Assembly: GCA_963775425.1 (NCBI GenBank) | Contig: CAVZJB010000005.1 | Location: 160,001 to 224,000, forward strand | Source: an uncultured delta proteobacterium | GTDB lineage: Bacteria; Myxococcota; UBA727; VGSZ01 | Direction of reading: 5' to 3' | Length of the DNA stretch: 64,000 nt | In this document: positions 33,690 to 42,500 of the stretch, one piece after another | Position numbering within the stretch: position 1 is the first letter of the stretch | How the letters are laid out: each line of letters starts with the position of its first letter | The notes under the pieces: generated by a model | What the model was told of the DNA's origin: nothing | The model's input: only the letters and a program-made list of their open reading frames with translations | Databases searched by the model: none | Position numbers and translations under genes: made by a program

Positions 33690-34964
33690 GTGGAGGTCGA
33701 GGACGGCGACGAGCCCCTGGTGCTCACCGAAGCGCTCGAGCGCCTCGGGCGCTACCACCTGATCGAGCGCATCGGCGTGGGCGGCATGGCGGAGGTCTAC
33801 CTCGCCGAGCAGGAGGGCCTCGCGGGCTTCTCCCGCACCGTCGTCGTCAAGCGCATCCTCGAGCACCTCGCGTCGGACCGTCACTACGTCGAGATGTTCC
33901 TGCGTGAGGCCCAGCTCGCGGCGCGGCTGCAGCACACGCACATCGTGCAGCTCCTCGACTTCGCCGAGGACGGCGGCAACTACTTCATCGCCATGGAGCA
34001 CGTCGACGGGCTCACCCTCGATCGCCTCGCCGCCACCGCGTGGCGCATGGGGAGGAGCCTGCCGATGGAGCTCGTCTGCGCTGCGGTGGCGGAGGCGGCG
34101 CTCGGCTTGCACCACGCGCACACGCGACCCGACGGCGCGCTCGTCCACAGAGACGTCACGCCGGAGAACCTCATGATCAACCGGGAGGGCGTCACCAAGG
34201 TGCTCGACTTCGGCATCGCCAAGCCGCTCGACGACAAGTCGCGCTCGATGACGGCGGCGGGCGAGCTGAAGGGCAAGCTGCGCTTCCTCTCGCCCGAGCA
34301 GGTGACGGGCAAGCGCCTCGACGCGCGCACCGACGTCTTCTCTCTCGGCGTTACGCTCTACTGGCTGCTCACGGGCGTCCCGCCCGCAGACGGCGCGTCG
34401 GACCTCGAGGTGATGGAGGCCGTGGTGCATGGGCGGCCGCCGGCGCCGCGCACCATCAACGAGACAATCCCGGCGCAGCTCGAGGCGCTCGTCTTGAAGA
34501 TGCTCGCCAAGGACCCCGACGAGCGCGTGCAGGACGCCGACGCCGTCCACGACGCCCTCGCCTTCTGCGTCGCCGCGCGCAGGAAGGTGGTCATGCCGTT
34601 CGTGGCGGACATGCTCGCCGCCGGCCCCGCCACGCAGAAGGCGCCGCGCGACCTCAAGGACCTCGCCGCGGCCGTGCCGGCCACGGAGCTGATGTCGTCG
34701 TGGGGGCTCGTCGAGCTGAGCGAGGCGTTCCCGCTGCCGCCGCGCACCGAGCCGCCCGTCGACGACGCGGTCACCCTCGACGACCAGCCCCTGCCGGCGC
34801 TCGCCGTCAAGAGCGACGAGAGCGTCTTCACCACGAAGAGGCCGCTGGAACCGACCGTCCAAACCCGCGTGCCCCGCCCGCCGTCCGACACCGTCGTCGA
34901 GCCCGCCTCGGTCTTCGACAGCGAGCTCGAGACCGACCCGCTCTTTCGCAAGCCCAAGCCCTAG
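33690..34964 (+). CDS. Ser/Thr protein kinase (myxobacterial Pkn-type)
   Basis: IGVGGMAEVY, VVKRIL, HRDVTPEN, DFGIAK, GKLRFLSPEQ. Confidence 0.94.
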   Translation: MEVEDGDEPLVLTEALERLGRYHLIERIGVGGMAEVYLAEQEGLAGFSRTVVVKRILEHLASDRHYVEMFLREAQLAARLQHTHIVQLLDFAEDGGNYFIAMEHVDGLTLDRLAATAWRMGRSLPMELVCAAVAEAALGLHHAHTRPDGALVHRDVTPENLMINREGVTKVLDFGIAKPLDDKSRSMTAAGELKGKLRFLSPEQVTGKRLDARTDVFSLGVTLYWLLTGVPPADGASDLEVMEAVVHGRPPAPRTINETIPAQLEALVLKMLAKDPDERVQDADAVHDALAFCVAARRKVVMPFVADMLAAGPATQKAPRDLKDLAAAVPATELMSSWGLVELSEAFPLPPRTEPPVDDAVTLDDQPLPALAVKSDESVFTTKRPLEPTVQTRVPRPPSDTVVEPASVFDSELETDPLFRKPKP

Positions 34965-35038
34965 CGCCAAGCGCGCGGATCCGTTGCGATTTGCGGAAAG
35001 TCCTTGTCCGAGAATCTTTCGAAGCTTAGGAATGTCGC

Positions 35039-36040
35039 ATGGACGCGAGCGATTCGCCGGAGTCCGAAGCAAACGACGCCGAGGCGCCACCGAGCCTCAT
35101 CGCGCGGCTTATCGCGTCGTGGATGGGCCTGTCGATGAAGATCAACGGCCCCATGCGCCCGATGCGGGACGCCGTGGAGACGGGGATGACGATCCAGCAG
35201 ATCGCCGCGCTCCACATCCTCATGTTCGAGGGCCCCTGCTCCATCAGCCAGCTCACCGAACTGTTGCGCTTGTCCGTGTCGGCCACCAGCCACCTGGTGC
35301 AGCGCCTCGTGGAGGCCGGATACGTGCGTCGCTTCGAGGACGAGACCGACCGGCGCAGCAAGCTGGTGTCGCTCACGGCGGACGGCAAGAAGCTCGTCGA
35401 GCGCATGATGAAGACGCGCCTCGAGGAGCTCAAGGCGTCGGCGGCGCACCTGTCGTCCGCGCTCCGGGGGGAGCTCAAGCCCGTCCTCGAGCGGGTGGTC
35501 GAGGAGCTGTCGTGGAAGGCGGGCGAGGCGTGGGCGCGGCGCGCGCAGCCCCCGCCCCGCGACTTCCGCGGCAAGGACATGTGCGGCACCGACCTCGCCG
35601 GGCAGGACCTGAGCGGCGCCGTCTTCACCGACGCCCGCCTCGACGGCTCCGACCTCGACGGCGCCACCTGCATCGGCGCCAGCTTCACGCGCTCGCGCCT
35701 CGACGGGAGCTCCCTCGACGGCGCGGCCTTCACCGGCGCCAGCTTCGTCGACGCGCGCCTCGACGGCAGCTCCGCCGACGGCGCGATCTTCGACGGCGCG
35801 GACCTCTCGGGCGCGCGCTTCGACGGGTGCTCCCTCGACGGTGCCAGCTTCGACGGCGCCGTCGCGCGCGGCGCCCGCTTCGACGGCAGCTCGCTCGACG
35901 GCGCCAGCTTCCGCGGCGCCGACCTTCGCGACGCCCGCCTCGACGGGTGCGCGCTGGACGGCGCGTGCTTCGAGGGCGCGCTCAACGTTCCGCGCAACGT
36001 GGCTGCACGCCTCGACGCGCGTGGTTTTTGGCGGGACTGA
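35039..36040 (+). CDS. MarR-family regulator fused to pentapeptide repeats
   Basis: MarR wHTH (SATSHLVQRLVEAGYV...DRRSKLVSLT..G) followed by ~140 aa of DG.SL/DGA.F pentapeptides. Confidence 0.88.
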   Translation: MDASDSPESEANDAEAPPSLIARLIASWMGLSMKINGPMRPMRDAVETGMTIQQIAALHILMFEGPCSISQLTELLRLSVSATSHLVQRLVEAGYVRRFEDETDRRSKLVSLTADGKKLVERMMKTRLEELKASAAHLSSALRGELKPVLERVVEELSWKAGEAWARRAQPPPRDFRGKDMCGTDLAGQDLSGAVFTDARLDGSDLDGATCIGASFTRSRLDGSSLDGAAFTGASFVDARLDGSSADGAIFDGADLSGARFDGCSLDGASFDGAVARGARFDGSSLDGASFRGADLRDARLDGCALDGACFEGALNVPRNVAARLDARGFWRD

Positions 36041-36057
36041 CGGTACAGGAGGGTCTC

Positions 36058-36762
36058 ATGGCTGACGCGATCGTGGACGTAACTGGAGTGATCAAGGACT
36101 ACCCGCTGGGCAAGCTCAAGGTGCGTGCGCTGCACGGCATCGACCTGAGCATCGAGCGCGGCGAGTTCACCACCATCGCGGGGCCCTCCGGCAGCGGCAA
36201 GACCACGCTGTTGAACCTCATCGGCTGCGTGGACGTCCCCACCGAAGGGAAGGTCGTCGTCGACGGCCAGTCCACCGGCGAGCTGTCGGACAAGGCGCTC
36301 ACCGAGCTGCGCTTGCACAAGCTCGGCTTCATCTTCCAGAGCTTCAACCTGGTGCCCGTGCTCACCGTGGAGCAGAACGTCGAGTTCCCGCTGCTCCTGC
36401 AGGGCAAGGTGGCGGCGCCCGAGCGCAAGAAGCGCGTGAAGGAGATCCTCGACCGGGTGGGCATCGGTGAGTACCTGCACCACCGGCCCAACGAGCTGTC
36501 CGGCGGGCAGCGCCAGCGCGTGGCCATCGCCCGCGCGCTCGTGTCCAAGCCGCGTCTGGTGCTCGCCGACGAGCCCACCGCCAACCTCGACTCCGTCACG
36601 GGGCACTCCATCATCGAGCTCATGAAGGAGCTCAACCATCAGGAGGGCACCACGTTCATCTTCTCCACGCACGACCAGCGCGTGATCGATCAGGCCGACC
36701 GCATCATCCGCATCGAGGACGGCCGCATCGTCAACGACGGGTCCTCGAAGAAGGCGGCCTGA
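36058..36762 (+). CDS. ABC transporter ATP-binding protein (LolD/MacB-like)
   Basis: GPSGSGKT, LSGGQRQRV, ADEPTANLD; ATG after AGGAGG. Confidence 0.95.
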   Translation: MADAIVDVTGVIKDYPLGKLKVRALHGIDLSIERGEFTTIAGPSGSGKTTLLNLIGCVDVPTEGKVVVDGQSTGELSDKALTELRLHKLGFIFQSFNLVPVLTVEQNVEFPLLLQGKVAAPERKKRVKEILDRVGIGEYLHHRPNELSGGQRQRVAIARALVSKPRLVLADEPTANLDSVTGHSIIELMKELNHQEGTTFIFSTHDQRVIDQADRIIRIEDGRIVNDGSSKKAA

Positions 36763-36763
36763 G

Positions 36764-38842
36764 ATGGACGTCGCACGTTTGCTCGTGAAGCTCGGGCTTC
36801 AGAGCGTCATCGCGCACAAGCGCAAGAGCTTGATCGTCGGTGGCCTCATGGCCTTCGGCGCGCTCATCGTCGTCCTCGGCATGTCGCTGCTCGACGCCAT
36901 GGAGCACTCCATGCGCGGCAGCATCGTCGAGAGCGTCACCGGCGACATCCAGGTGTACTCCAAGGACGCCAAGGACAAGCTCGCCATCCTCGGCGGCTTC
37001 GGCATGGGCACGCCCGACATCGGCGAGCTGACCACCTTCAAGAAGACACGCGACGAGCTGATGAAGGTCGACAACGTGAAGGCCGTGGTCCCCATGGGCA
37101 CCACGGTCGCCACGGTGTCCACGCCCGGTGACCTCGACCGCGCCCTCGAGGCCTTGCGCGACGCCGTCCGGCACCACGACGACGGCGACATGCAGGCCGG
37201 CGCCGCGCAGGTCAGGCGGCTGGCGAAGGTCCTGCAGGATCAGCGCGGCCGCCGCGCCGAGATCGCGCACACCTCCGATGACGCCGAAGCCGACGCCGTC
37301 CTCGCCCGCGCGCTCTCCGACGAGCTGTGGGCGAGCTTCAAAGACGAGCCCCTGCCGGTGCTCGACTGGCTCGACACCAAGCTCGCGCCGCTCGGCGAGG
37401 AGGGGCAGCAGATCTACCTGCGGCTCGCGGGCACGGACCTCGACGCGTTCAAGGCGCAGTTCAAGAAGATGGAGATCCTCGACGGCCAGATGGTGCCCGA
37501 GCACCACCGCGGCATGCTCGTCGGACAGAAGTTCCTCGATCGTCGCGTGAAGATGGCCATCGCCATGAACCTCGACACCATCAAGGACGAGCTGGCCAAG
37601 GGGAAGACCATCGCCGCCGACCAGGTGCTGCAGGAGACCGCTCAGAAGAACGTGCGGCTCTCGCCCAAGATCCTCTACGAGCTCCAAGCCGGCGACGTCG
37701 CCACCGTGGAGCAGCAGTTGCGGCAGGCGCTCCCCGAGAGCAAGGCCACCGACCTTCAGGGGCTGCTCGAGGACCTGCTGCGCGTCGACGACGGCAACTT
37801 CGCGGCCCGATACAAGCTGTTCTACGACGTCGTCGCGCCGCACATTCAGCTCTATCCGTTCAAGGTCGGAGACACCATCACGCTCACGGCGTTCACGCAG
37901 AGCGGGTATCTCAAGAGCGTGAACGTCAAGGTGTACGGCACCTACGCGTTCAAGGGCCTGGAGAGCTCGGACCTCGCGGGCGCCCTCTCCCTCATCGACA
38001 TCATGACGTTCCGCGAGCTCTACGGCGCGCGAACGCACGCGCTCGATCAAGAGCTCCTGGCGATGAAGAAGGACGTGGGGGCGGAGGACGTCGCGCGCGA
38101 AGACGCGGAGGCCGAGCTGTTCGGCTCCGCCGACACCGCCGTGGTCACCGAGGTGACGCAGGCGGCGACCGACAAGATCGAGGCCGGCTCGCTGGGCAAC
38201 AAGGCCGAGCGCGCGAAGGAGATCACCAGCGCCACCTTCACGCAGGAGCAGGTGGACAATGGCCTCGCCACGTCGGCGGCCGTGATCCTGAAGGACCCCG
38301 GCAAGATGTGGCCCACCATCGCCGCCATCAACGCGCGGAGCGATCAGACGGGCTTGCAGGCGGTGGACTGGCAGAGCGCCGCCGGCATCATCGGCCAGTT
38401 CATCTGGGTCATCCGCGGCGTGCTCATCGTGTCGTTGTTGATCATCTTCGCGGTGGCCATCGTCATCATCAACAACTCCATGGTGATGGCCACGCTCGAG
38501 CGCGTGGCCGAGATCGGCACCATGCGCGCCATAGGCGCAAAGAAGCGCTTCGTGACGTCGATGATCATCTTCGAGACCGCCGTGCTCGGCATCATCGCCG
38601 GCAGCGCGGGGGCGCTCGTCGGCGCGGCTGTCGTGACGGTCGCGCACATCAAGGGCATCCCCGCCCCCAACGACATCTTCGTCTTCCTCTTCGCCGGTCC
38701 TCGCCTCTTCCCGGCTGTCTCGGCGGGGAACCTCGGCCTGGCCCTCCTCGCCACCATCGTCGTCAGCGTGGCCGCCACGCTCTACCCCGCGCGCCTCGCC
38801 ACCCGGATTCAGCCGGTGGTGGCCATGCAGGGCAAGGAATAG
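36764..38842 (+). CDS. FtsX/LolE-like ABC permease with very large periplasmic domain
   Basis: One N-terminal TM, ~500-aa loop, ERVAEIGTMRAIG, three C-terminal TMs, PARLATRIQPV.AM. Confidence 0.9.
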   Translation: MDVARLLVKLGLQSVIAHKRKSLIVGGLMAFGALIVVLGMSLLDAMEHSMRGSIVESVTGDIQVYSKDAKDKLAILGGFGMGTPDIGELTTFKKTRDELMKVDNVKAVVPMGTTVATVSTPGDLDRALEALRDAVRHHDDGDMQAGAAQVRRLAKVLQDQRGRRAEIAHTSDDAEADAVLARALSDELWASFKDEPLPVLDWLDTKLAPLGEEGQQIYLRLAGTDLDAFKAQFKKMEILDGQMVPEHHRGMLVGQKFLDRRVKMAIAMNLDTIKDELAKGKTIAADQVLQETAQKNVRLSPKILYELQAGDVATVEQQLRQALPESKATDLQGLLEDLLRVDDGNFAARYKLFYDVVAPHIQLYPFKVGDTITLTAFTQSGYLKSVNVKVYGTYAFKGLESSDLAGALSLIDIMTFRELYGARTHALDQELLAMKKDVGAEDVAREDAEAELFGSADTAVVTEVTQAATDKIEAGSLGNKAERAKEITSATFTQEQVDNGLATSAAVILKDPGKMWPTIAAINARSDQTGLQAVDWQSAAGIIGQFIWVIRGVLIVSLLIIFAVAIVIINNSMVMATLERVAEIGTMRAIGAKKRFVTSMIIFETAVLGIIAGSAGALVGAAVVTVAHIKGIPAPNDIFVFLFAGPRLFPAVSAGNLGLALLATIVVSVAATLYPARLATRIQPVVAMQGKE

Positions 38843-38850
38843 GTGACGCC

Positions 38851-40200
38851 ATGATTTCCATCGCCATTGCGTTCCGCAACCTCCTCGCCGCTCGCAGCAG
38901 GACGGTGTTCCTCGGGGCCGCGCTGTTCCTGGTGACCATGTTGATGGTCATCCTCATGGCGCTCACCGCAGGCATCCGCGACAACATGATCCGCGCGACG
39001 ACGTCGGTGTCGTCGGGGCACGTGAACATCGGCGGCTTCTACAAGACAACCCAGTCCGACGCGCCGCCGCTCATCACCCACGTGGCCGAGCTCAAGAAGC
39101 TCGTGCACGAGGTGCTGCCGGACGCCGTGCGCGTCATCGACCGTCAGCGTGGCTGGGGCAAGATCATCGCCGAAGAGGGCTCGGTGCAGGCCGGCATCAA
39201 CGGCATCGACATCGACGAGGAAGGCGCGCTGCTCGACATCCTCACGCTCGCGCCCGAGTCCGACTACCAGGAAGACCCCAAGGAGCCCATGCGCGTGCGC
39301 GGCGACTTCAAGGCGCTCAAGACCCGCAAGGACGGGATCATCCTGTTCGCGGGCCAGGCCAAGCGCCTGAAGGTCGACGTCGGTGACCCGGTCACCCTGC
39401 GCGCCGAGACGGGCCGCGGCCAGGTGAACACCGTCGACGCCACCGTGGTGGCCATCGCGCGCGACCTCGGCCCACTGTCGGGCTGGGCGGCGTTCGTCCC
39501 CAAGGCGACGGTGGCCAACCTCTACCAGCTCAAGCCCGACGTCTCCGGCGCCATCCAGATCTACTTCAAGGACGTGTCGCAGTCGGAGGACGGCATGAAC
39601 CGCTTGCGCGCGGCCATGCTCGCCAAGGGCTACCCGCTGATGGACCATGAGTCGTCGCCGTTCTTCATGAAGTTCCAGACGGTGATGAGCGAGGACTGGA
39701 CCGGTCAGAAGTACGACATCACCACGTGGAAGGACGAGGCGAGCTTCCTCACCTGGATCCTCACGGCCATCTCGTCGGTGTCGTTCCTGCTGCTGTCGCT
39801 GCTCACGGTCATCATCGCCGTGGGCATCATGAACACCATGTACATCGCGGTGCGCGAACGCACGCGGGAGATCGGCACCCTCCGCGCCATCGGCATGGGC
39901 CGCGGCGCCATCCTGCGCCTGTTCCTCACCGAGGCGCTCGCGCTCGGGCTCGCGGCCACGGCGGCGGGCAGCATCGCCGGGAGTCTCATCGCCACCGCCA
40001 TCGACGCGAGCAACGTCCGCGTCGGCGTCGACGCGCTGCGCATGATCCTCTTGTCGGACACCGTTCACTTCGCGCCGCACATCGGCGCCGTCATCACCGC
40101 GGTGGTGGCTTTCACCCTCCTCACCGGCCTGTCGGCTCTGCTGCCGGCGCTGCAGGCGAGCCGCATCGCCCCCGTCACCGCCATGCAGAGCGCGGACTGA
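38851..40200 (+). CDS. FtsX/LolE-like ABC permease
   Basis: IAFRNL, ERTREIGTLRAIG, PALQASRIAPVTAM. Confidence 0.92.
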   Translation: MISIAIAFRNLLAARSRTVFLGAALFLVTMLMVILMALTAGIRDNMIRATTSVSSGHVNIGGFYKTTQSDAPPLITHVAELKKLVHEVLPDAVRVIDRQRGWGKIIAEEGSVQAGINGIDIDEEGALLDILTLAPESDYQEDPKEPMRVRGDFKALKTRKDGIILFAGQAKRLKVDVGDPVTLRAETGRGQVNTVDATVVAIARDLGPLSGWAAFVPKATVANLYQLKPDVSGAIQIYFKDVSQSEDGMNRLRAAMLAKGYPLMDHESSPFFMKFQTVMSEDWTGQKYDITTWKDEASFLTWILTAISSVSFLLLSLLTVIIAVGIMNTMYIAVRERTREIGTLRAIGMGRGAILRLFLTEALALGLAATAAGSIAGSLIATAIDASNVRVGVDALRMILLSDTVHFAPHIGAVITAVVAFTLLTGLSALLPALQASRIAPVTAMQSAD

Positions 40201-40217
40201 ACCCCAAGGAGCACCCC

Positions 40218-40985
40218 ATGTTTTCCGCCATCGCCCTCACTCTCGCCCTCTCGGGGATGCAACAAGGCGCTACGCCCTCGGACGCAGACCTCGTCAAGAT
40301 GCTCGCCACTATCGACGACCGCACCGAGAACAGCGGCGACTACAAGTCCGTCGCGTACCTCGAGCAGAAGGAGCGCGGCAAAGACATCGTCGCCCGCGAG
40401 GTGGTGGTCTACCGCCGCGACGCCGACGACAAGCTGATGATCCTCTTCACCAAGCCCAAGGCGGAAGCGGGCAAGGGCTACCTGCGCCTCGACAAGAACC
40501 TGTTCATGTACGACCCCACCGTCGGCAAGTGGGAGCGCCGCACCGAGCGCGAGCGCATCGCCGGCACGGACTCGCGCCGCCAGGACTTCGATCACTCGAA
40601 CCTCGCCGGCGAGTACACGCCCAGGTACGTGGGCGAGGAGAAGCTCGGCAAGATCGACGTCACGCACCTGTCGCTGTCGCAGAAGCCCGGCGTCGACGTC
40701 GCGTTCCCCGTGGTGGAGCTGTGGCTCGACAAGAGCAGCGGCAACATCCTCAAGCGCCAGGACAAGGCGCTCTCGGGCAAGCTGATGCGCACCACGTACT
40801 ACCCCAAGTGGAACAAGATCTACTCGGAGTCCAAGAAGTCCGACGTCTACTTCGCCGGGGAGATCCGCATCTACGACGAGGTCGAGAAGGGCAACAGCAC
40901 GCTCATCGTCATCCGCGACACGGACCTCAGGCCGCTTGACGCCAACTTGTTCACCAAGGCCTGGCTCGAGTCGAAGAGCCGGTGA
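40218..40985 (+). CDS. LolA-like outer-membrane lipoprotein-sorting protein
   Basis: Signal peptide; FTKPKAEAGKGYL...NLFMYDP motif typical of LolA_like proteins; ATG after AAGGAG. Confidence 0.82.
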   Translation: MFSAIALTLALSGMQQGATPSDADLVKMLATIDDRTENSGDYKSVAYLEQKERGKDIVAREVVVYRRDADDKLMILFTKPKAEAGKGYLRLDKNLFMYDPTVGKWERRTERERIAGTDSRRQDFDHSNLAGEYTPRYVGEEKLGKIDVTHLSLSQKPGVDVAFPVVELWLDKSSGNILKRQDKALSGKLMRTTYYPKWNKIYSESKKSDVYFAGEIRIYDEVEKGNSTLIVIRDTDLRPLDANLFTKAWLESKSR

Positions 40986-42454
40986 CGTTGATGACCTCCG
41001 CCCACTCGAAGGGGACGCTGCGGCGCGGCGGCGTGTGCCCCGCGGTGGCGGCGCTCGCGCTCCTCGTCGCCGCGCCTGCGTTCGCGCAGGACGCCGACCG
41101 CCCGAGCGAGGACGACATGTTCGGCGGCTCGTCCACCACCACCGACGAAGGCGCGCCCGCCCAGGACGCGCCGGCGGAGGGCGGCAGCTCGAGGGACGAA
41201 CAGATCTTCGGCGGGGGCGCGCCGGCGTCCATCGAGCACCCCGACATCCTCGCGCGCGAGGAGAACGCGCTCGACATCGGCGGGCAGGTCTTCCTCCGGC
41301 TCAACGACACCTGGCGCAACAAGGACTCCGTCGGCGACACACAGCTCAGCTCGCCGTCGCTCGCCGACGTCTTCGCCGACGTCCGGCCCAACGATCGCGT
41401 GCGCGGCTTCGGCCAGGTGCGGCTCAACTACGACTTCACGGTGCAGCCGGGGCAGACCGATCTGTTCGGCAACGAGCAAAAGCAGTTCGACCTCCAGCTC
41501 GACCAGCTCTGGATCAAGTTCGACCTCGGGCGCGTCGCCTACGTCACCGCCGGTCGCCAGCACATCCGCTGGGGGACCGGGCGCTTCTGGAACCCCACGG
41601 ACTTCATCAACACCGAGGTGCGCGACTCCGTCGACTTCTTCGACACGCGGCTGGGCGTGAACCTCATCAAGGTGCACTTCCCGTTCGAGGCGCTCGGCTG
41701 GAACCTCTATCTGCTCGGCGTGTTCGACGGCGTCGACGTCCTCAACGACTCCGGCGTCGCCGCACGCGCCGAATTCGTCGTCGGCCCCGGCGAGATCGCG
41801 CTGTCGTCTCTCGTGAAGAAGGACGCCCCGCTGCGCTTCGGCTTCGACGCGTCCGCGGGCATCTGGCTGTTCGACGTGCGCGCCGAAGGCACGGTGCAGC
41901 GCGGCCTGGACCAGAAGAAGTTCGAGGGCACGCTCGACTTCGCAAACGGCAAGGTCCCCACCGAGGTTGCCGGCACCGACGATCAGTGGTTCGCCCGGGG
42001 CGTCGTCGGCGCCGACCTCCAGCTGAAGTACAGCGACGAGGACAGCATCCTCATCGGCGGCGAGTACTTCTACAACCAGGCGGGCTACTCGAACGCCAAG
42101 CTCTACCCGTTCCTCGCGCTGAACGGCGCGTTCACGCCGTTCTACCTGGGGCAGCACTACTTCGGCGCCTACGTCTCGCTGCCGAGCCCGCTGTCGTTCA
42201 ACGACACGTCAATCACCGTCTCCACGCTGGGTAACCTCTCGGACGGCTCGTACCTGTCGCGCCTCGACGTGCAACAGCTCTTCCTCACCAACCTCACGGT
42301 GAACGTCTTCGGCGCCGTGCACTGGGGAAACCCGGGCGAGATGAAGCTCGGCGTGGACATCCCCGCGGTGCCCACCATCCCCGCGTTGGCAAACGGCCTC
42401 ACCATCGAGCCGCCCATCGTGGACGTCGGCGCCGCGCTGCGCGTCTCCCTGTAG
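40982..42454 (+). CDS. putative outer-membrane beta-barrel protein
   Basis: Signal peptide (APAFA); GRQHIRWGTG.FWNPTD motif; amphipathic beta strands; coupled to the LolA-like gene. Confidence 0.75.
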   Translation: MTLMTSAHSKGTLRRGGVCPAVAALALLVAAPAFAQDADRPSEDDMFGGSSTTTDEGAPAQDAPAEGGSSRDEQIFGGGAPASIEHPDILAREENALDIGGQVFLRLNDTWRNKDSVGDTQLSSPSLADVFADVRPNDRVRGFGQVRLNYDFTVQPGQTDLFGNEQKQFDLQLDQLWIKFDLGRVAYVTAGRQHIRWGTGRFWNPTDFINTEVRDSVDFFDTRLGVNLIKVHFPFEALGWNLYLLGVFDGVDVLNDSGVAARAEFVVGPGEIALSSLVKKDAPLRFGFDASAGIWLFDVRAEGTVQRGLDQKKFEGTLDFANGKVPTEVAGTDDQWFARGVVGADLQLKYSDEDSILIGGEYFYNQAGYSNAKLYPFLALNGAFTPFYLGQHYFGAYVSLPSPLSFNDTSITVSTLGNLSDGSYLSRLDVQQLFLTNLTVNVFGAVHWGNPGEMKLGVDIPAVPTIPALANGLTIEPPIVDVGAALRVSL

Positions 42455-42500
42455 CGCGGAGCGCGTCCCCCGCTGCTCGTCGCGCGGTATGGTCCGCGCC

